From positions 800,001 to 864,000 of the forward strand of contig JBHYGA010000004.1 of assembly GCA_051859245.1 (NCBI GenBank): DNA of 64,000 bases, given 5' to 3'. The stretch is from Gemmatimonadaceae bacterium (GTDB lineage Bacteria > Gemmatimonadota > Gemmatimonadetes > Gemmatimonadales > Gemmatimonadaceae). Numbering within the stretch: position 1 is the first letter of the stretch; every line of letters starts with the position of its first letter. Position numbers and translations under genes: made by a program. This document shows positions 48,145 to 58,551 of the stretch, in pieces. Below the pieces are notes generated by a model that was not told where the DNA came from, did no database searches, and saw only the letters and a list, made by a program, of their open reading frames with translations.

Positions 48145-49212
48145 CTAACGACAGGCCGCGCGCGTGGGCAGCACCACCCAGTAGTCGAACTCCAGCACAA
48201 CGTTTGGCAGATACGCGCCGGTCTCATCCCGAAGTGGAAAGCCGGCGGCGGAGTGGTCCTTGAGCGCAACAGTGCGCAGGCGAAGGGCGCCCACATCGGT
48301 GCGTTCCGCCAACGGCTGTTTGTCCACCACTTCCGACCACGCATAGATCGTGTCACCGGCAAACGCCGGGTTCACGTGTCGACCGGCGTTGATACCGAGC
48401 AGCGCAAAGGCGTTGCCGAGTCCGTTAAATGACAGCGCACGCGCCAGACTGATGATGTGCCCACCGTACACAATGCGGCGGCCAAAACGGCCTTCACGTT
48501 CGACATGCTGGTTGAAGTGCACGCGCGCACTGTTCTGATAGAGTCGCGCCGCCATCATGTGTTCCGCTTCTTCAATCGTCATGCCGTCGACATGATCAAT
48601 GCGCTCACCCACTGCGTAATCGTCCCACGCATTGGGGTCGCCGGACAGTCGTGTGTCGTACGCCTGCTGCGCAATTCGGAACGGCACCGACAGTGAGTCA
48701 GCGGCCACAGACTCCGGTAACGACGGCACCACGGTTTCCGGTGGAGCAGACGACGCATCTCGCTTTCGCACCATGGCCCAACGGGTGTACTCCACGACCA
48801 TCTCGCCACGCTGATTTGCACCACGTGAACGCACGTACACCACACCGGTGGTGCCGTCTTTGTTGGCCTTGACGCCCAACACCGTACTAACCGTTGAGAC
48901 GGTGTCGCCCGGAAACACCGGCACACCGAAGCGACCGTCGGCATAGCCCAGGTTGGCGATCGCGTTGAGCGAGATGTCGGGCACGGACTTGCCGAACACC
49001 ATATGAAAGACGAGCACCGAATCAACGGGCGACTCGGAAACGCCCACGCACGTTGCGAACGGCGATGAGCTGGTCACCGCAAAGCGCGAGCCAAAGAGCG
49101 ACGTGTAGAGCGCCACGTCACCCGTGGTGATCGTACGCGGTGTGGCGTGCACCAACTCCTGGCCCACGAAAAAATCTTCGAAATAGTTTCCGTGCTGTGT
49201 TTTGCCGGTCAT
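48145..49212 (-). CDS. mch: mesaconyl-C1-CoA hydratase (double-hotdog MaoC)
   Basis: GNYFEDF, VPDISLNAIANLGYA, YQNSARVHFN, YGGHIIS; cluster context. Confidence 0.88.
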   Translation of the reverse strand: MTGKTQHGNYFEDFFVGQELVHATPRTITTGDVALYTSLFGSRFAVTSSSPFATCVGVSESPVDSVLVFHMVFGKSVPDISLNAIANLGYADGRFGVPVFPGDTVSTVSTVLGVKANKDGTTGVVYVRSRGANQRGEMVVEYTRWAMVRKRDASSAPPETVVPSLPESVAADSLSVPFRIAQQAYDTRLSGDPNAWDDYAVGERIDHVDGMTIEEAEHMMAARLYQNSARVHFNQHVEREGRFGRRIVYGGHIISLARALSFNGLGNAFALLGINAGRHVNPAFAGDTIYAWSEVVDKQPLAERTDVGALRLRTVALKDHSAAGFPLRDETGAYLPNVVLEFDYWVVLPTRAACR

Positions 49213-49216
49213 GCGA

Positions 49217-50260
49217 TCAGAATCCATACGCAGCGGCGAGTTCGGGATCGTTGCTTGCGACAAGACGCGCGAGATCAACGATCACCTTGGCCTGCTTCCA
49301 GGTGGCATCGTCCTGCATCTTGCCATCAATCATGGCCACCCCGCTGCCATCGGGCATGGCGTCGAGAATCCGACGGGCGAACAACACTTCCCTGGCGTCC
49401 GGACTGAACACTCGGCGCGCAATCGCAATCTGATTAGGCGCCAGTGACCACGCGCCAGTGCAACCCATCACGAACGCATTGCGGAACTGCGCTTCACAGC
49501 CCGCCTCGTCACGAATATCGCCGAAGGGGCCATAGAACGCACGAATACCATGTGACACACACGCATCCACCATGCGAGCCACCGTGTAGTGCCACAGGTC
49601 CTGCTGTACAAAGGTGCGCGGTGCGTTCGATTCGTCGGGATCAGACAGCACGCCGTAGAACGGATGCCCACCGCCCACACGCGTTGTTTTCATGCCACGC
49701 GACGCCGCGAGATCGGCCGGGCCCAGACTCATGCCGTGCATGCGCGGACTGGCGCCGGCAATCTGCTCCACATTCTTCACGCCTTCGGCCGTTTCGAGCA
49801 GTGCGTGAATAAGAATCGGCTTGCGAATATTGTAGCGCGCTTCGAGCAGCGCGAGGTACTGATCCACAAAGTGAATGTCCCAGGGGCCCTCCACTTTCGG
49901 AATCATGAACACATCAAGCTTGTTGCCGGCGTCGCGTACAATCTGATCAAGATCATCAAGAAACCATGGTGAGTTCAGACAGTTCACGCGCACCCACAGC
50001 GCCGTGGTGCCGAAATCATTGGCGTTTGCAACCTCAATGAAGCCGGCGCGCGCCGCCGCTTTGTCTTCTACCGGAATGGCATCTTCCAGATTGCCGCACA
50101 GCACATCGACCTGACGCACCATTTCCGGCACGCGTGCCCGGATCTTTTCTATGTGTGGCGGAAAAAAATGAATCATGCGCTCCGGTCGCACGGGCAATGC
50201 ACGCAGCGGTTCGGGGGCGCCAATGGCTAACGGCTTGTAAAAATTGAACGGAAGCTTCAC
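49217..50260 (-). CDS. mcl: malyl-CoA/beta-methylmalyl-CoA/citramalyl-CoA lyase (Chloroflexus type)
   Basis: [63 protein letters not shown], closely matching the C. aurantiacus enzyme as I recall it. Confidence 0.9.
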   Translation of the reverse strand: MKLPFNFYKPLAIGAPEPLRALPVRPERMIHFFPPHIEKIRARVPEMVRQVDVLCGNLEDAIPVEDKAAARAGFIEVANANDFGTTALWVRVNCLNSPWFLDDLDQIVRDAGNKLDVFMIPKVEGPWDIHFVDQYLALLEARYNIRKPILIHALLETAEGVKNVEQIAGASPRMHGMSLGPADLAASRGMKTTRVGGGHPFYGVLSDPDESNAPRTFVQQDLWHYTVARMVDACVSHGIRAFYGPFGDIRDEAGCEAQFRNAFVMGCTGAWSLAPNQIAIARRVFSPDAREVLFARRILDAMPDGSGVAMIDGKMQDDATWKQAKVIVDLARLVASNDPELAAAYGF

Positions 50261-50301
50261 GTGCAGATGCTCCTGAGGAATGTCAGATCGAACGATCGGA
50301 G

Positions 50302-51537
50302 TTACGCGACTGGTCCGGCAACAATGCCATCATCGTGCAGTTGCCCAAGCTCGGCTTCGCTGACGCCAGCGAGCTCGAGCAGAATTTCATCCGTGTGCTG
50401 ACCAAGCAGCGGGGCGGGCGCCGACGGAAGTCGGTGCATCGCCCCAAAATGCAGCGGCGTTCCGGCCGCCAGCACGTTACCAACTCCGGGCTGCGAGAGC
50501 TGAGAGAACATTGGATTCGCGACTGAACAATCCGCGTCTTGCGCGAGCGTTTCTCGCACGGTGCGGTATGGCGCCCACGTGACACGATGCGCAGCAAATG
50601 ATTCAGCGACTGCCGAAAGCGTGCGCGCCGCAAACCACGGTTCCAGCTCGCGCGCAATTGCCTCGCGGGCGCGAAAGCGGTTGCCTTCTTCCTTGAGATC
50701 AAGACCGAGCTGTGCACCCAACGCCGTCATCGCACTGCCGCTGCCTGTGGCGGAGCAGAGTGTCATCCACTGCGCATCCGTCAGACCAATCACCATGACG
50801 CGCGCCCCGTCCTGCGTGACAAAATCGCGGCCAAACGCACCGTACAAGTAGTTGCCGTAACGCGGACGATCGATGTTCGTGAGCTCAACTTCAGCAATGA
50901 AGCCGAGCGCGCCGAGCATCGCGAGGCCGACGTCTTTAAGCGCGAGCGAAATGAACTGTCCCTGTTTGGTACGCGTGCGGTGTCGCTCAGCAGCCAGAAT
51001 GGCAATGGCGATCTGGTGTCCGGCAATCGCATCCCACGCCGGGAAGACATGGTTCACCGGATCCGGACTGTCTGCCGGCCCCGTGATGTTCGGAAAACCA
51101 AGCTGTGGATTCACCGTGTAGTCCACCTCCGATCCACCATCTCGGCGACCGGTGAGGTTGACCATGATGAGATCATCGCGATGCGCGCGCAGTGCATCGT
51201 AAGCGAGCCAGCCACGCGCGGGAAAGTTGGTGGAGAAGATTCCCGCGTCCGCACCTGGCGCACAGATCACACGCGTGAGCAGCTCCTGCGCACGTGGCGA
51301 ACGCAGGTCTACCGCGATGGATCGCTTGCCCTTGTTGAGTCCGGTCCAGAACAGACTCGCCGAGCCATCCGCTGTGAGCGGCCAACGGCGGGCGTCGAGG
51401 CCACCACCGATGGGATCGAAGCGAATGACATCGGCGCCAAGCTGTGCCAACGTCATACCACCGAGCGGCGCGGCAACGAATGCCGATCCCTCAACCACAC
51501 GCATGCCGCTCAACACAGGCTTCGCCGAGTGTGTCAC
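50302..51537 (-). CDS. mct: mesaconyl-CoA C1-C4 CoA transferase (family III)
   Basis: [56 protein letters not shown]. Confidence 0.88.
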   Translation of the reverse strand: MTHSAKPVLSGMRVVEGSAFVAAPLGGMTLAQLGADVIRFDPIGGGLDARRWPLTADGSASLFWTGLNKGKRSIAVDLRSPRAQELLTRVICAPGADAGIFSTNFPARGWLAYDALRAHRDDLIMVNLTGRRDGGSEVDYTVNPQLGFPNITGPADSPDPVNHVFPAWDAIAGHQIAIAILAAERHRTRTKQGQFISLALKDVGLAMLGALGFIAEVELTNIDRPRYGNYLYGAFGRDFVTQDGARVMVIGLTDAQWMTLCSATGSGSAMTALGAQLGLDLKEEGNRFRAREAIARELEPWFAARTLSAVAESFAAHRVTWAPYRTVRETLAQDADCSVANPMFSQLSQPGVGNVLAAGTPLHFGAMHRLPSAPAPLLGQHTDEILLELAGVSEAELGQLHDDGIVAGPVA

Positions 51538-51540
51538 GCG

Positions 51541-52767
51541 CTAGATCACCCGTTGGGCGCGAAGTGAGGCGATTTCTGACTCGGATTTTCCGAGCACATC
51601 ACGCAGCACTTCTTCGGTATGCTGACCGAGTGTTGGGCCGAGACTGCGAATCGTGCCTGGCGTTTCGGAGAGAAGCGGCACGGGAGACGGAATCACCATG
51701 GACTCGCCCGTAAGTGGATCATCGATGGCCACAAGATTGCGGCGTGCGTGAAACTGCCGGTCGCCAAAAATATCGGCAATGTTGTTGAGCGGACCGGCTG
51801 GCGTGTCTGTCGCGTAACAACGCGTGAGCACCTCTTCCCGGGTCAGTGACCCGCACCAATCGCGTACGATTTCGTTGACGGCGTGGCAGTGGGAGAGTCG
51901 CACCTTCTGCTCACCGTACGTGCTTGTTGAGGCCAGCTCTGGCCGCCCCATGGCTGCCGCCAGTCGGGCAAACAGTTTGTCGGTGGCGCATGAGATGGCC
52001 ACCCACTTGCCGTCGCGTGTGGCGAAGTGTCCGTGCGGGCACGCAAAGTCATTGTGCGACGATCCCATGCGTTCGCGCACCATACCGTACATGCTGTACG
52101 CCGGTGCCAGCTCGTCGGTGCAGCGAAACACCGATTCATACAGCGCCGCGTCCACGTACTGGCCTTCGCCTGTCTGATCACGATGACGCAGCGCCATGAG
52201 CACGCCGAGACATCCGTACAAACCGGTCATGTAGTCGCCGAGTGTGGTGGACCCCGGCGTCACCGGCGTGCCTTTTGGCATGCCGGCCAGGTAGGCAATG
52301 CCACCAACGGCATGGGCAACACGCGCAAATCCGGGCCGATCCTTGTACGGGCCGGTTTGTCCGTACCCCGTGACGCGAAGCATGACGAGTCGCGGATTGA
52401 TAGCGTGCAGCACATCCCAGCCCAGTCCCCATTTTTCGAGCGTGCCCGTGCGAAAGTTCTCACACAGCACATCCGTTTTGGCGATGATTTCCTTGAACAG
52501 CGCTACACCTTCAGGCAAGCGCAGATCGAGTGTGACGGATCGCTTGTTGCGCGCTTCGCTCACCCAGGTGAGTGTGTCGCCGCGCTGCGATGGTGTGCCA
52601 AAGCGGCGCAGACCATCACCACCGAGCGGGTGCTCGATCTTGAGCACGTCCGCACCGAACTCGCCGAGCAGCGTGGCGCAGAACGGTGCCGCAATAATGG
52701 TGGCGATATCAACCACGCGAATGCCGTGCAACGGCAGCGCGCTCGTATCAGGCGTCTTCTGATGCAT
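51541..52767 (-). CDS. smtB: family III CoA transferase, probable succinyl-CoA:L-malate CoA transferase subunit B
   Basis: CaiB/BaiF motifs ([24 protein letters not shown]); tandem paralog in the mcl cluster; subunit naming by synteny. Confidence 0.75.
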   Translation of the reverse strand: MHQKTPDTSALPLHGIRVVDIATIIAAPFCATLLGEFGADVLKIEHPLGGDGLRRFGTPSQRGDTLTWVSEARNKRSVTLDLRLPEGVALFKEIIAKTDVLCENFRTGTLEKWGLGWDVLHAINPRLVMLRVTGYGQTGPYKDRPGFARVAHAVGGIAYLAGMPKGTPVTPGSTTLGDYMTGLYGCLGVLMALRHRDQTGEGQYVDAALYESVFRCTDELAPAYSMYGMVRERMGSSHNDFACPHGHFATRDGKWVAISCATDKLFARLAAAMGRPELASTSTYGEQKVRLSHCHAVNEIVRDWCGSLTREEVLTRCYATDTPAGPLNNIADIFGDRQFHARRNLVAIDDPLTGESMVIPSPVPLLSETPGTIRSLGPTLGQHTEEVLRDVLGKSESEIASLRAQRVI

Positions 52768-52778
52768 GCGATGGCGGC

Positions 52779-54008
52779 TCAGATGATGTGCTGCGAACGC
52801 AGACGTTCGATCTCTGCGGCGGCAAGGCCGAGCAGATCGCGCATGACTTCATCGGTGGCGTTGCCGAGTGTTGGACCGAGGTTGGTGATGCGCCCTGGCG
52901 TTTTGGAGAGTCGTGGCACAACGCCCGGAATCACGATGTCCTCAATGCCGGGCTCCGACATATGCACCAGATCCTCGCGCGCCTGAAACTGCTCGTCGGC
53001 AAAGATGTCGGCGATTGAGTTCACTTTTCCTACCGGGACTTCTTCGGCGAGACATTTGGCGAGCACTTCATCGCGCGTGAGTGATCCCACCCAGTCAATC
53101 ACAATCGCGTTCACGCGATCGCGATCGGCGAGTCGCTTGCGCTGATCACCGTACAGATTGCTCGACGAGAGATGCGGTTGTCCCATGGCGACCGACAATC
53201 GTTCAAACATTTTGTCGGTCGTGCACGCGATCGCGATCCACTTGTCGTCTGAGGTACGAAAATGTCCGTGCGGCACCGCCACAAAACTGCCGGACCCTTC
53301 GCGTTCGCGGATTTTGCCAGATGTCCCGTAGGCCGTGGCAATTTCTTCGAGCACACGAAACACCGACTCGTAAATGCCGACGTCGACCATTTGTCCGCGT
53401 CCCGTCTGCTCCTGATGACGCAGCGCGATCAGCGTGCCGATGGCACCAAACAAACTGGCGATGTAGTCACCAAGCGGCACGGTGCCAGGCAGCACCGGCG
53501 TTTCACCCGGGAAGCCCGACAAATAGTTCAGGCCACCGAACGCTTGCGCGATGTGTGCGAAGCCAGAGCGCCGGCGATACGGTCCCGTTTGTCCGTAGCC
53601 CGACACGCGCAGCATGACGAGACGTGGATTCGCGGCGTGAATTTCCGACCAACCCAGTCCCCATTCTTCCATGGTGCCGGGTCGAAAGTTTTCGACCAGC
53701 ACGTGCGACTTGCGCACCAGTGCCAGAAACAGCTCAACGCCTTCGGGCTTTCGCAAGTCGAGTGTGACGGATTTGCGATTGCGTCCTTCGCTCAGCCACT
53801 TGAGTGTGGCATCGGCGCGTGGCGACGGTGTGCCGAATCGTCGCATGGGATCGCCTGCAATCGGATGCTCGATCTTGAGCACTTCCGCACCAAACTCTCC
53901 AAGAATCGACGCGGCGTAGGGACCGGCGAGAAAGTTGCCAACATCAAGCACCCGGATTCCCGTCAACGGCAGTTGTTCTGCCGCGGTCTTCTCTTCAGCA
54001 GTACTCAC
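52779..54008 (-). CDS. smtA: family III CoA transferase, probable succinyl-CoA:L-malate CoA transferase subunit A
   Basis: CaiB/BaiF motifs; GTG 54008 with AAGGGG RBS; subunit naming by synteny. Confidence 0.75.
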   Translation of the reverse strand: MSTAEEKTAAEQLPLTGIRVLDVGNFLAGPYAASILGEFGAEVLKIEHPIAGDPMRRFGTPSPRADATLKWLSEGRNRKSVTLDLRKPEGVELFLALVRKSHVLVENFRPGTMEEWGLGWSEIHAANPRLVMLRVSGYGQTGPYRRRSGFAHIAQAFGGLNYLSGFPGETPVLPGTVPLGDYIASLFGAIGTLIALRHQEQTGRGQMVDVGIYESVFRVLEEIATAYGTSGKIREREGSGSFVAVPHGHFRTSDDKWIAIACTTDKMFERLSVAMGQPHLSSSNLYGDQRKRLADRDRVNAIVIDWVGSLTRDEVLAKCLAEEVPVGKVNSIADIFADEQFQAREDLVHMSEPGIEDIVIPGVVPRLSKTPGRITNLGPTLGNATDEVMRDLLGLAAAEIERLRSQHII

Positions 54009-54190
54009 CAACACCCCTTGGCATAGCGCAAAGTCACGTGCTACTCGGACTTCGCAATCATGGCGCACAACGGCGAAATGCGCCACGTTTGTGGCACAGA
54101 TCTGTCAGTGACGCGCGGGGATGGCTGATCATCGCCAAGCCACTCGCGACACCAACGCGACAGAAAGGTTCTCCGTTCCCCGCCACATCG

Positions 54191-55084
54191 ATGACCGACG
54201 ACGTAACTGAACTCACCACCTGGATCGGACGACGCGAAGTGGTGCGCGATGATCTGGCGGTGACGCAGGCGCAGGCCGCCGCCGCGATGTTCGATCTGAA
54301 CGACGAGCCGCACGCGGGTACCGCGCTGCCGCCCCTTTGGCACTGGTTCTACTTCTTGCCGCGAGCGCGCCAGGAGCGACTTGATCGCGACGGACATCCG
54401 GCACGCGGCGGATTTCTGCCACCGATTACGCTACCGCGTCGCATGTTCGCGGGAAGCCGTGTAACGTTTCATGCACCGCTCGTGCTTGGCACGCCCGCCG
54501 AGCGCGAGGCGACCATCAAAAACGTGTCGCTCAAAAGCGGACGCACCGGCGCGCTCGCGTTCGTCACGGTTGGCTATCGGTTTACGCAGCAGGCGCAGCT
54601 GTGCGTGGAAGAAGAGCAGGATATCGTGTATCGCGAGGTCGGCGATGCGGTTGACGCGCCTGATGTGCGCGAATGGCCCGCGCCTCCCGCCGGCGCGCGA
54701 ACCCGTGATGTCCACGCCGATTCCCGTCTGCTCTTTCGTTTTTCCGCACTCACCTTTAACGCGCATCGCATTCACTACGATCGCGCGTACGCGACGCAGG
54801 ACGAGGGCTACCCAGGACTTGTCGTACACGGGCCGCTCACGGCGATGCTGCTCGCGGAGCTTGCCCAGTCTGTTGAAAGCGCGCACGCAGAACGCGAGCA
54901 CCGCGCACCACGCGACATGCGTACGTTCAGCTTTCGTGGCCTGTCACCGCTCTTTGACACGGCGCCGTTCCGACTGCAGGCGCTCGCCGGGGACCATGCC
55001 ACAACACTTGAGGCGATTCGCTCCGACAGTGCGACGGCCATCAAGGCCGACGCGACCTTTTCGGTCAAGCCGCCGGAAGAATGA
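54191..55084 (+). CDS. meh: mesaconyl-C4-CoA hydratase (HTD2-like hotdog)
   Basis: LPPLWHWFYF, DGHP.RGGFLPP, RRMFAG, FSALTFNAHRIHYD, LVVHGPL; divergent from smtA. Confidence 0.85.
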   Translation: MTDDVTELTTWIGRREVVRDDLAVTQAQAAAAMFDLNDEPHAGTALPPLWHWFYFLPRARQERLDRDGHPARGGFLPPITLPRRMFAGSRVTFHAPLVLGTPAEREATIKNVSLKSGRTGALAFVTVGYRFTQQAQLCVEEEQDIVYREVGDAVDAPDVREWPAPPAGARTRDVHADSRLLFRFSALTFNAHRIHYDRAYATQDEGYPGLVVHGPLTAMLLAELAQSVESAHAEREHRAPRDMRTFSFRGLSPLFDTAPFRLQALAGDHATTLEAIRSDSATAIKADATFSVKPPEE

Positions 55085-56387
55085 GCCGAACCGCCGTGCC
55101 TTCGCCCAGCTTGCTCTCGACTTCAATACTGCCGCCGAGATCCTGCACAATGCGCGAGACCACGGTGAGTCCGACACCAGACCCGCGATTGTTCTCCTTG
55201 CTGCTGAAGAACGGTTCGAAAATGCGTTGACGTGTTTCTTCCGACATGCCAACGCCGGAGTCACGCACTTCAAGCACAACGCTGAGCCCTGACGTAGCCG
55301 TGGGTGCACGATCAGACGCGCTGATCACGAGTGTGCCGCCACCCGGCATCGCGTCTCGTGCATTGAATGCAAGATTCAGAATCGCCTGTTCAAGTCGGCT
55401 GGCGACGCCCATGATGGGCCGTGACGCGCGGTGGTCGAACGATATGAGAATGCGACGCGTGAGAATAGGCGGCAACAACGCTTCGAGATGTGCGAAGAAC
55501 GCGCGCACGTCAACGGCGGAGGGCGTCGCGCTGGTTCCGCGTCCAACCGAGAGCAGACTACGCACGAGCGTGCCTGCCTGCGTTCCCACTTCCTTCATGT
55601 CTTGCAACGCATCAGCGGCATCCGGATGATCGCTCGTTCCTTCGAGCAACTCGGCGCTGGCGGTCATCACTTGCACCATATTTGCAAGGTCGTGCGCCAC
55701 ACCGGTTGCGAGCGTAGCCACCAACTCTCGACGCTGCATGGATTCTGCTTCGGCTTGCATCGCGAGCAACGCTTCTTGTTGCTCTTCAAGCTCTGCGGCG
55801 GCGCGTCGATAGATCTCGGTGGTTTTCACAACGATTGAACCGGCAAACCACAAACCGCCAAACACAAAGAACAATTCAAGAACGCGATAGCCTGTTGTTT
55901 GCGCTTCCGAAACCGCCGCCGGTTGCACCGCGCCGCTGTACGCGAAGTAAAAGCCGGCAACAGACGCCGCGGTCGCGAGTACGAGACCGGTAATCAGCGC
56001 GCGCGGTCCGAAAAAAAGCACCGCCACCAACAATGTTACGGCCAACGCCGACACATTCACGGAGCGCGGTCCATTCATCACGAGCGACAGGGCGATCGCG
56101 ATTGTCACACACACGAGATACGCGGCGGCTCGCACACGCGGCGATCGCAGCGGCCATTCCCGAAGCATGAGTGCACCGAGTACCGACAGTGGCACGATCG
56201 GCCACATGAGCGGCTGCGTGATGTACTCGTCCCACCGCAAATAGAACGAGGTGGCAAGCACCGGCGTCCATACCCACAGCGTCAACTGAAACAGCTGACG
56301 CAGCGACGCCTCCCGGGATTCGTCGAGAGGCGAGCTGCGGCGTACGGTGATCAGATTGGCGCGACGGGGAGTCAGGGGAGTTGTCAC
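55065..56387 (-). CDS. membrane sensor histidine kinase (HisKA/HATPase); start uncertain
   Basis: GVAHDLAN, NLAFNARDAM, DSGVGM, FEPFF, GSGVGL; several TM helices. Confidence 0.9.
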   Translation of the reverse strand: MTTPLTPRRANLITVRRSSPLDESREASLRQLFQLTLWVWTPVLATSFYLRWDEYITQPLMWPIVPLSVLGALMLREWPLRSPRVRAAAYLVCVTIAIALSLVMNGPRSVNVSALAVTLLVAVLFFGPRALITGLVLATAASVAGFYFAYSGAVQPAAVSEAQTTGYRVLELFFVFGGLWFAGSIVVKTTEIYRRAAAELEEQQEALLAMQAEAESMQRRELVATLATGVAHDLANMVQVMTASAELLEGTSDHPDAADALQDMKEVGTQAGTLVRSLLSVGRGTSATPSAVDVRAFFAHLEALLPPILTRRILISFDHRASRPIMGVASRLEQAILNLAFNARDAMPGGGTLVISASDRAPTATSGLSVVLEVRDSGVGMSEETRQRIFEPFFSSKENNRGSGVGLTVVSRIVQDLGGSIEVESKLGEGTAVRLILPAA

Positions 56388-56423
56388 AGAGGAGAATCTC
56401 TCCCGCTCCCGCGCGCCGCGCAA

Positions 56424-56888
56424 TCAATCGCTTTTGATTCGCGTTCCGGTAATCGGCTGTGCGCCCATGCTCGGCATGCTCACGCCTTCGATTTCCCGCT
56501 CAAGCGAGCCCGACAATACATCGCCATTTGCATCAAGCACGAACGTGCTGATCGCGGTGCGCACGGATTCTTCGCCATTCATGTTCAGTCGTGCCTCGCT
56601 GCGCAGTACGAACGTGACCTTGCCGTCAACGCGTTTAGCCGCCAGTCGTGACGGCGGTCGCGAGGGCCGACCTTCCATCGGCTCGGTGCTCAGTGTTGCG
56701 ATGAGCGAGTCGCCTTCCGCGACCACCTTGAGCGTGCCCTTCTGCATGATGGGGGTGGGCTCTCCGTTCTCCACGCGCATACCACCGGGCAGTGAAACGG
56801 TCCAGTCTCCGGCGAGTGGGTGCGATTGAGCCGTGAGCGTGACGGGCAACGCGAACAACGCGAGCGACAGCAAGCTGATGCGTAACAT
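56424..56888 (-). CDS. secreted hypothetical protein
   Basis: MLRISLLSLALFALPVTLTAQ signal peptide; GDW..., beta-rich. Confidence 0.7.
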   Translation of the reverse strand: MLRISLLSLALFALPVTLTAQSHPLAGDWTVSLPGGMRVENGEPTPIMQKGTLKVVAEGDSLIATLSTEPMEGRPSRPPSRLAAKRVDGKVTFVLRSEARLNMNGEESVRTAISTFVLDANGDVLSGSLEREIEGVSMPSMGAQPITGTRIKSD

Positions 56889-56959
56889 GGGAGGAGATTC
56901 CTGATCGGGAGTGAAGGTGCGACGCGTACGGCAGTGGTGGCCGGCGCGAATACGACACC

Positions 56960-57628
56960 TCAACCGTTCGAAGGGATCACTCTCGGCTCCGGCGCTCGCC
57001 GTGCGGCCTGTATCCAGCCGACGAGCACCAACAAGGCGGCGAACACGCCCACAAAAAACATGATTTCGGCAACGCTGCGACTGACGAAGCCTCTGGTGGA
57101 GAACACGACCACCATGGCCGCCGCGCCGCCAATACCGTAGCCCAACCGCTCGAGTAGCGGCATGGGCGGACCGACCGGGCGCGGCGCGCGCTGCTCCGGC
57201 GCGAAGAGGATACCGCGCCAGCGATCGTAGTCCCAGCAGAGCAGAAACGTGTTCGCCAGCAGCATCAGCGCAGTCACGTAGACGGTGCCCTGGAACTGAA
57301 TGGCCCAGGTGAGTACGGTGATGTTCAGAATGATCGGAAAGAACATCACGGCGCCAAGCGTGGACGTGACGGGAATCAGAATGAGAATTCCGGACAGTAC
57401 CTGACCCCAGCCGAGAAAATTCCAGTACGGCCCCGTCTGGTACATCGCTTCAAAAAACGCGCCCACGGGGTGTTCGGTGCTAATGGACGTGAAGCGCTGT
57501 CCCAGCACCTTCACCATGCCGGTCGGAATGAACGCGAGCGCGAGCAGCAGGCGCGAAATCACCGCCAGTCGGTACAGCGGGGCAATACGTCTCGCTGCGG
57601 CGTGGAGACGATCGAAAAAATCTTGCAT
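56960..57628 (-). CDS. DoxX family membrane protein
   Basis: RLLLALAFIPTGMVK, FFEAMYQTGPYWNFLG, FFPIILNI, LLCWDY. Confidence 0.8.
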   Translation of the reverse strand: MQDFFDRLHAAARRIAPLYRLAVISRLLLALAFIPTGMVKVLGQRFTSISTEHPVGAFFEAMYQTGPYWNFLGWGQVLSGILILIPVTSTLGAVMFFPIILNITVLTWAIQFQGTVYVTALMLLANTFLLCWDYDRWRGILFAPEQRAPRPVGPPMPLLERLGYGIGGAAAMVVVFSTRGFVSRSVAEIMFFVGVFAALLVLVGWIQAARRAPEPRVIPSNG

Positions 57629-57795
57629 GGGCAATGCGTGGGGTGGGCCAGGGGAGTGGCGATGTTGGCCGTACGACACCGATAGGCGCGAGGTTTCTTG
57701 CCCGCCGGTGCGTACCGCCGCCGGCAACTGCCACCATCAAGTAAAGAATGAACAGCAACGACGTTCTACGCAGAGTGAGGGTATAGCTTCCGGAT

Positions 57796-58509
57796 ATGCC
57801 AACACGTGAAGACCACATCGCCACGCGACACACGACATTCAGCGCCGAGCTTGACGCGTCAACGACACAGCGCGTGGCCCAAGCGTACGATCGCTGGGCT
57901 GAGACGTACGATTCGCAGGACAACCGCACGCGTGATCTTGACGCGGTCGTACTTCGCACGCATGGTCCGGGCATTCGCGGTCGCGCGGTGCTTGAGCTCG
58001 GATGCGGCACCGGGAAAAACACCGAGTGGTTGGCGGCCAATTGCCGCACCGTGACGGCACTCGACTTGTCGGAAGGCATGTTGACGGCGGCGAGAGCTCG
58101 CGTGTCGGCCTCGCATGTTTCGTTCGTGCAGCACGATCTGTTGACGCCGTGGCCGGTTGCGGATGGCACCATGGATCTTGTGGTCGGCAATCTCGTGCTG
58201 GAGCACATTCGTGATCTCTCGCCGGTCTTTCGCGAGTGCGCCCGTGTGCTGCGGCGCGGTGGCAAGCTGTATCTCAGTGAGCTGCATCCCGCCCGACAAC
58301 TGCGCGGCGCGCAGGCGCATTTTACCGACGTGAGCAGCGGTGACGTGGTGCATGTGCCGGCGTTCACGCACACCATCAGCGAGTATGTGAACACCGCCAT
58401 CAGCGCCGGGTTTACGCTGCGAAAGATGGGCGAGTGGCTGGAAGACGAGCCCCCGCCGCAACACGTGCCCCCGCGTTTGCTGACCCTTCAGTTTGTACGC
58501 ACGACCTGA
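57796..58509 (+). CDS. class I SAM-dependent methyltransferase
   Basis: AYDRWAETYD, VLELGCGTG, DLSEGM, LVLEH, RVLRRGG. Confidence 0.92.
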   Translation: MPTREDHIATRHTTFSAELDASTTQRVAQAYDRWAETYDSQDNRTRDLDAVVLRTHGPGIRGRAVLELGCGTGKNTEWLAANCRTVTALDLSEGMLTAARARVSASHVSFVQHDLLTPWPVADGTMDLVVGNLVLEHIRDLSPVFRECARVLRRGGKLYLSELHPARQLRGAQAHFTDVSSGDVVHVPAFTHTISEYVNTAISAGFTLRKMGEWLEDEPPPQHVPPRLLTLQFVRTT

Positions 58510-58551
58510 CCGGCTCTGGCGCAAACCGGGACCCGGGGTCCAGAATAAACG

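Noticed and set aside
48145..55084. Claim of autotrophic CO2 fixation
   Set aside because: Malonyl-CoA reductase, propionyl-CoA synthase and carboxylases are not in this window
55065..56387. Histidine kinase as a dedicated regulator of the mcl cluster
   Set aside because: Convergent with meh, no cognate regulator and no shared motif seen; adjacency alone is not enough
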